20,989 bases of DNA from Gemmatimonadota bacterium (GTDB lineage Bacteria; Gemmatimonadota; Gemmatimonadetes; Gemmatimonadales; GWC2-71-9): the NCBI GenBank assembly GCA_036679645.1, contig JAZDCY010000027.1, positions 1 through 20,989 of the forward strand. Reading direction: 5' to 3'. Below the pieces are notes generated by a model that worked only from the letters and a program-made list of their open reading frames with translations, had not been told where the DNA came from and did not search any database. Position 1 is the stretch's first letter. Every line of letters starts with the position of its first letter. Both the position numbers and the translations under genes were made by a program. Shown here one piece after another: positions 18,427 through 20,989 of this stretch.

Positions 18427-19316
18427 ACGGCACCCGGTTCCTCGACCCGCACATCCTCGCCCGGATCGACAACCTGGCGCTTCTGGCGCGTACGGTCGTG
18501 GACGGATTCATCAACGGCCTCCACCACTCGCCGTACTTCGGGCTGTCCACCGATTTTGCCGAGCACCGGCAGTACATGCCCGGCGACGACATTCGCCGGA
18601 TCGATTGGCGTGTGTACGGACGGACTGACCGGTTTTACGTCAAGGAATTCGAGGCCGATACCAACGCCAACTTCAGCGTGCTCCTCGACATCTCCCGGTC
18701 GATGGCGTATGCCAGCGACGCGATCACGAAGCTGGACTACGGGCGCTATCTCGCGGCGTGCCTCACGTACCTATCACGGCGCCAACGGGATCGCGTCGGC
18801 GTCGTGACCTTCGACGACGATGTGCGCGAGTTCATCCCCGCATCCGCAAAACACCTCGATCTAGTCCTGCATACGCTCGATCGTGTGGAGCCTGGCGGGG
18901 AGGGCGAACTTTCCCGACCCCTCACCAAGATCGCTCAGAGCGTGCGGCGCCGCAGCATTCTGCTGCTGATCTCGGACCTGTATGCCGAGCCGGACACGAT
19001 TGTGCGCCAGGTCGCGATGCTGACCAACAAGGGACACGACGTCATCGTGTTTCACGTATTGGATGCCGCGGAGCTGACGTTCCCCTTCGACCAGGCCAGC
19101 CAGTTCGAGGACATCGAGACCCGGGACCGCATTCCCGTCGTTCCCGAGAGCCAGCGGGCCGAGTACCTCGAGTTGATGGAACGTCACCTCACCGACATCG
19201 GCAGGCGTCTCGTGCAGAACCGTGTCGACTACTACTTGATCGATACGTCCAAGCCGCTCGACTTCGCGCTGTTCGAGTACCTGTCGCGACGCGAAGCTCT
19301 GGCGAGGGTGCGTTAG
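18423..19316 (+). CDS. DUF58 vWA-like protein (MoxR partner)
   Basis: GLHHSPYFGLSTDFAEHRQYMPGDDIRRIDWRVYGRTDRFYVKEFE, LLDISRSM, LISDL; GTGA overlap with moxR. Confidence 0.95.
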   Translation: MNGTRFLDPHILARIDNLALLARTVVDGFINGLHHSPYFGLSTDFAEHRQYMPGDDIRRIDWRVYGRTDRFYVKEFEADTNANFSVLLDISRSMAYASDAITKLDYGRYLAACLTYLSRRQRDRVGVVTFDDDVREFIPASAKHLDLVLHTLDRVEPGGEGELSRPLTKIAQSVRRRSILLLISDLYAEPDTIVRQVAMLTNKGHDVIVFHVLDAAELTFPFDQASQFEDIETRDRIPVVPESQRAEYLELMERHLTDIGRRLVQNRVDYYLIDTSKPLDFALFEYLSRREALARVR

Positions 19317-20989
19317 GTGAGCTTTCTCGCCCCGCTGTTCCTGCTCGGCCTGGGCGCGGTGGCCATTCCCATCCTGATCCACCTGACGCACAAGGAGCGG
19401 CGGGAGCCAATTGTTTTCCCGTCGCTCATGTTCCTGCGCAAGGTCCCGTTCAAGACGCAGCGCCGGCAACGGATTCGGAACTGGCCGCTCTTTTTGCTGC
19501 GTGCTGCAGCGGTTGTGCTGTTCGTCGCCGCCTTTGCCCGCCCCTTGCTGCAAGGGACGGTCTTGGGGGCAACCGCCAGCGGCGCCGCGCGGGAGATTGT
19601 GGTGCTGCTCGATCGGTCATACAGCATGGGCTACGGCGATCGGTGGACGCGTGCCGTCACCGCCGCCCGCGACGTGATCGCGAACTTGACCCCCGAGGAT
19701 CGTCTCTCGATCGTCGTCTTTGCCGAGCAAACGGCTGTCCTGAACCAACCAAGTGCCGATCCCGTCCGGCTCGCGCTCCTGCTCGACGACCTGCATCCCG
19801 GCGCCGGCGCGACGCGCTATGCCACTGCGCTGCAGCTTGCACGCGATCTCCTCGACCAGTCGGAGCTGCCCCATCGCGAAGCGGTGCTCATCACCGACTT
19901 CCAACTCGCTGGTTGGGCCGGCACCGGAGATGTGCGCCTGCCCGCCGGTGCTACGCTGACTCACGTGGATGTCTCAGACGGCCCACAGTCCAACCGGGCG
20001 GTGGCCGGCGTATTGCTCGATCGCAGCCCCGCGAATGGAGGACGCGTCATCGTGAGCGCCCGTGTGACGAACGCCGGTCCGGAAGACGTGGAAAATCTGT
20101 CGGTGCAGCTGGATGTGAACGGGCAAGTGCTCCAGACGCAGGCGCTCGACGTACCCGCCAACGGTTCGGCGTTGGTACGGTTTGCTGCCATCGCCCTCCC
20201 AGCGGCACCCGTGCCGGGACGGGTCCACATTGCGCAGGACGCACTGCCTACCGACGACACCTATCATTTCCTGCTCCGCCCCATTCCGCGGATTCCGGTG
20301 CTTCTGGTGGAGCACCCAGATACCCCCGCTGACGAGACGGTCTATGTGCGCCGGGCGCTGGAGATCGGGCGCGACCCCGCCTTCGACGTGACGGTGCGGC
20401 GTACCGCGCGGCTGGGTGTCGCCGAACTGGCCGACGCTGCTGTGATCGTGTTCAACGACATCCCGCTTCCGAGCGGCGAGCCCGGCCGGCGCTTGGCAGA
20501 GTTCGTCGCCGATGGAGGTGGCGTGCTGGTAGCGTTCGGGAGACGAACCGGCGGGCTTCCATCGATCTTTCGGGACAGCCTCGGTAGCCCTACGGGCGAG
20601 CCGGTGGACCGCCTGGGCGATCGCGGCGGCACGCTGAGCGTCACCGCCTACACCCACCCCGTATTCGCACCCTTCGCGTCACCTCGAAGCGGTGATTTTT
20701 CGGCCGCGCGGTTCTTCCGGTATCGGCGCCTGGCCGTGCTGCCTACGGTGACAGCGCTCGCGAGATTCGACGACGGGAGCGCTGCACTTGCCGAGGCGCG
20801 CTACGGCACGGGACGCATCCTGCTGTGGGCATCGGACCTCGGCAACCGATGGAGCAACCTGCCGCTTCAGCCCGTCTTCCTGCCGTTCGTGCACCAAGCC
20901 GTGCGATACCTCGCGGATTTCCGGGAGCCACTCAACGCGTACGTCGCGGGACAGGTGCTCGACATCGCGGCACTGGGATTCCCAGCCGG
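19317..20989 (+). CDS. BatA-domain/vWA membrane protein with Ig-like and GATase-like domains (runs off right edge)
   Basis: Not in the ORF track; manual translation from GTG 19317: MSFLAPLFLLGLGAVAIPILIHL...FPSLMFL...LLRAAAVVLFVAAFARP (BatA double TM), VVLLDRSYSM (MIDAS), LITDFQ, LAEFVADGGGVLVAFG. Confidence 0.9.
   Translation, partial: MSFLAPLFLLGLGAVAIPILIHLTHKERREPIVFPSLMFLRKVPFKTQRRQRIRNWPLFLLRAAAVVLFVAAFARPLLQGTVLGATASGAAREIVVLLDRSYSMGYGDRWTRAVTAARDVIANLTPEDRLSIVVFAEQTAVLNQPSADPVRLALLLDDLHPGAGATRYATALQLARDLLDQSELPHREAVLITDFQLAGWAGTGDVRLPAGATLTHVDVSDGPQSNRAVAGVLLDRSPANGGRVIVSARVTNAGPEDVENLSVQLDVNGQVLQTQALDVPANGSALVRFAAIALPAAPVPGRVHIAQDALPTDDTYHFLLRPIPRIPVLLVEHPDTPADETVYVRRALEIGRDPAFDVTVRRTARLGVAELADAAVIVFNDIPLPSGEPGRRLAEFVADGGGVLVAFGRRTGGLPSIFRDSLGSPTGEPVDRLGDRGGTLSVTAYTHPVFAPFASPRSGDFSAARFFRYRRLAVLPTVTALARFDDGSAALAEARYGTGRILLWASDLGNRWSNLPLQPVFLPFVHQAVRYLADFREPLNAYVAGQVLDIAALGFPA

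Noticed and set aside
18758..20332. 524-aa + strand ORF
   Set aside because: Alternative frame over DUF58 and BatA genes, Arg/Pro-rich, no domain signal.

Overview
GC-rich bacterial window, most consistent with a Gemmatimonadota-like genome (inference from gene content and style). Left part: the 5' end of a secreted DUF4097-like protein, a membrane Ser/Thr kinase with a TolB-like/TPR C-terminal region, a monofunctional proline dehydrogenase, a VOC protein and a DUF72 protein. Middle: an NHEJ module with divergent ligD (PE-LIG-POL) and ku only 28 bp apart, plus an alpha/beta hydrolase coupled to ligD. Right part (9955 to end): a tightly coupled operon of at least 8 genes: DUF4159, membrane vWA/GATase-like protein, caspase/legumain-fold protein with an apparent Cys-to-Ser change, TPR-gluzincin peptidase, second DUF4159, MoxR AAA+ ATPase, DUF58 and BatA-vWA. 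It looks like a functionally uncharacterised trans-envelope machine. Non-coding signals: AATCNNN heptamer arrays flanking the kinase gene and inside a signal-peptide region, an octamer array, and a ~140-nt multi-stem, possibly pseudoknotted element between convergent genes. No CRISPR array, rRNA, tRNA or transposase was seen.
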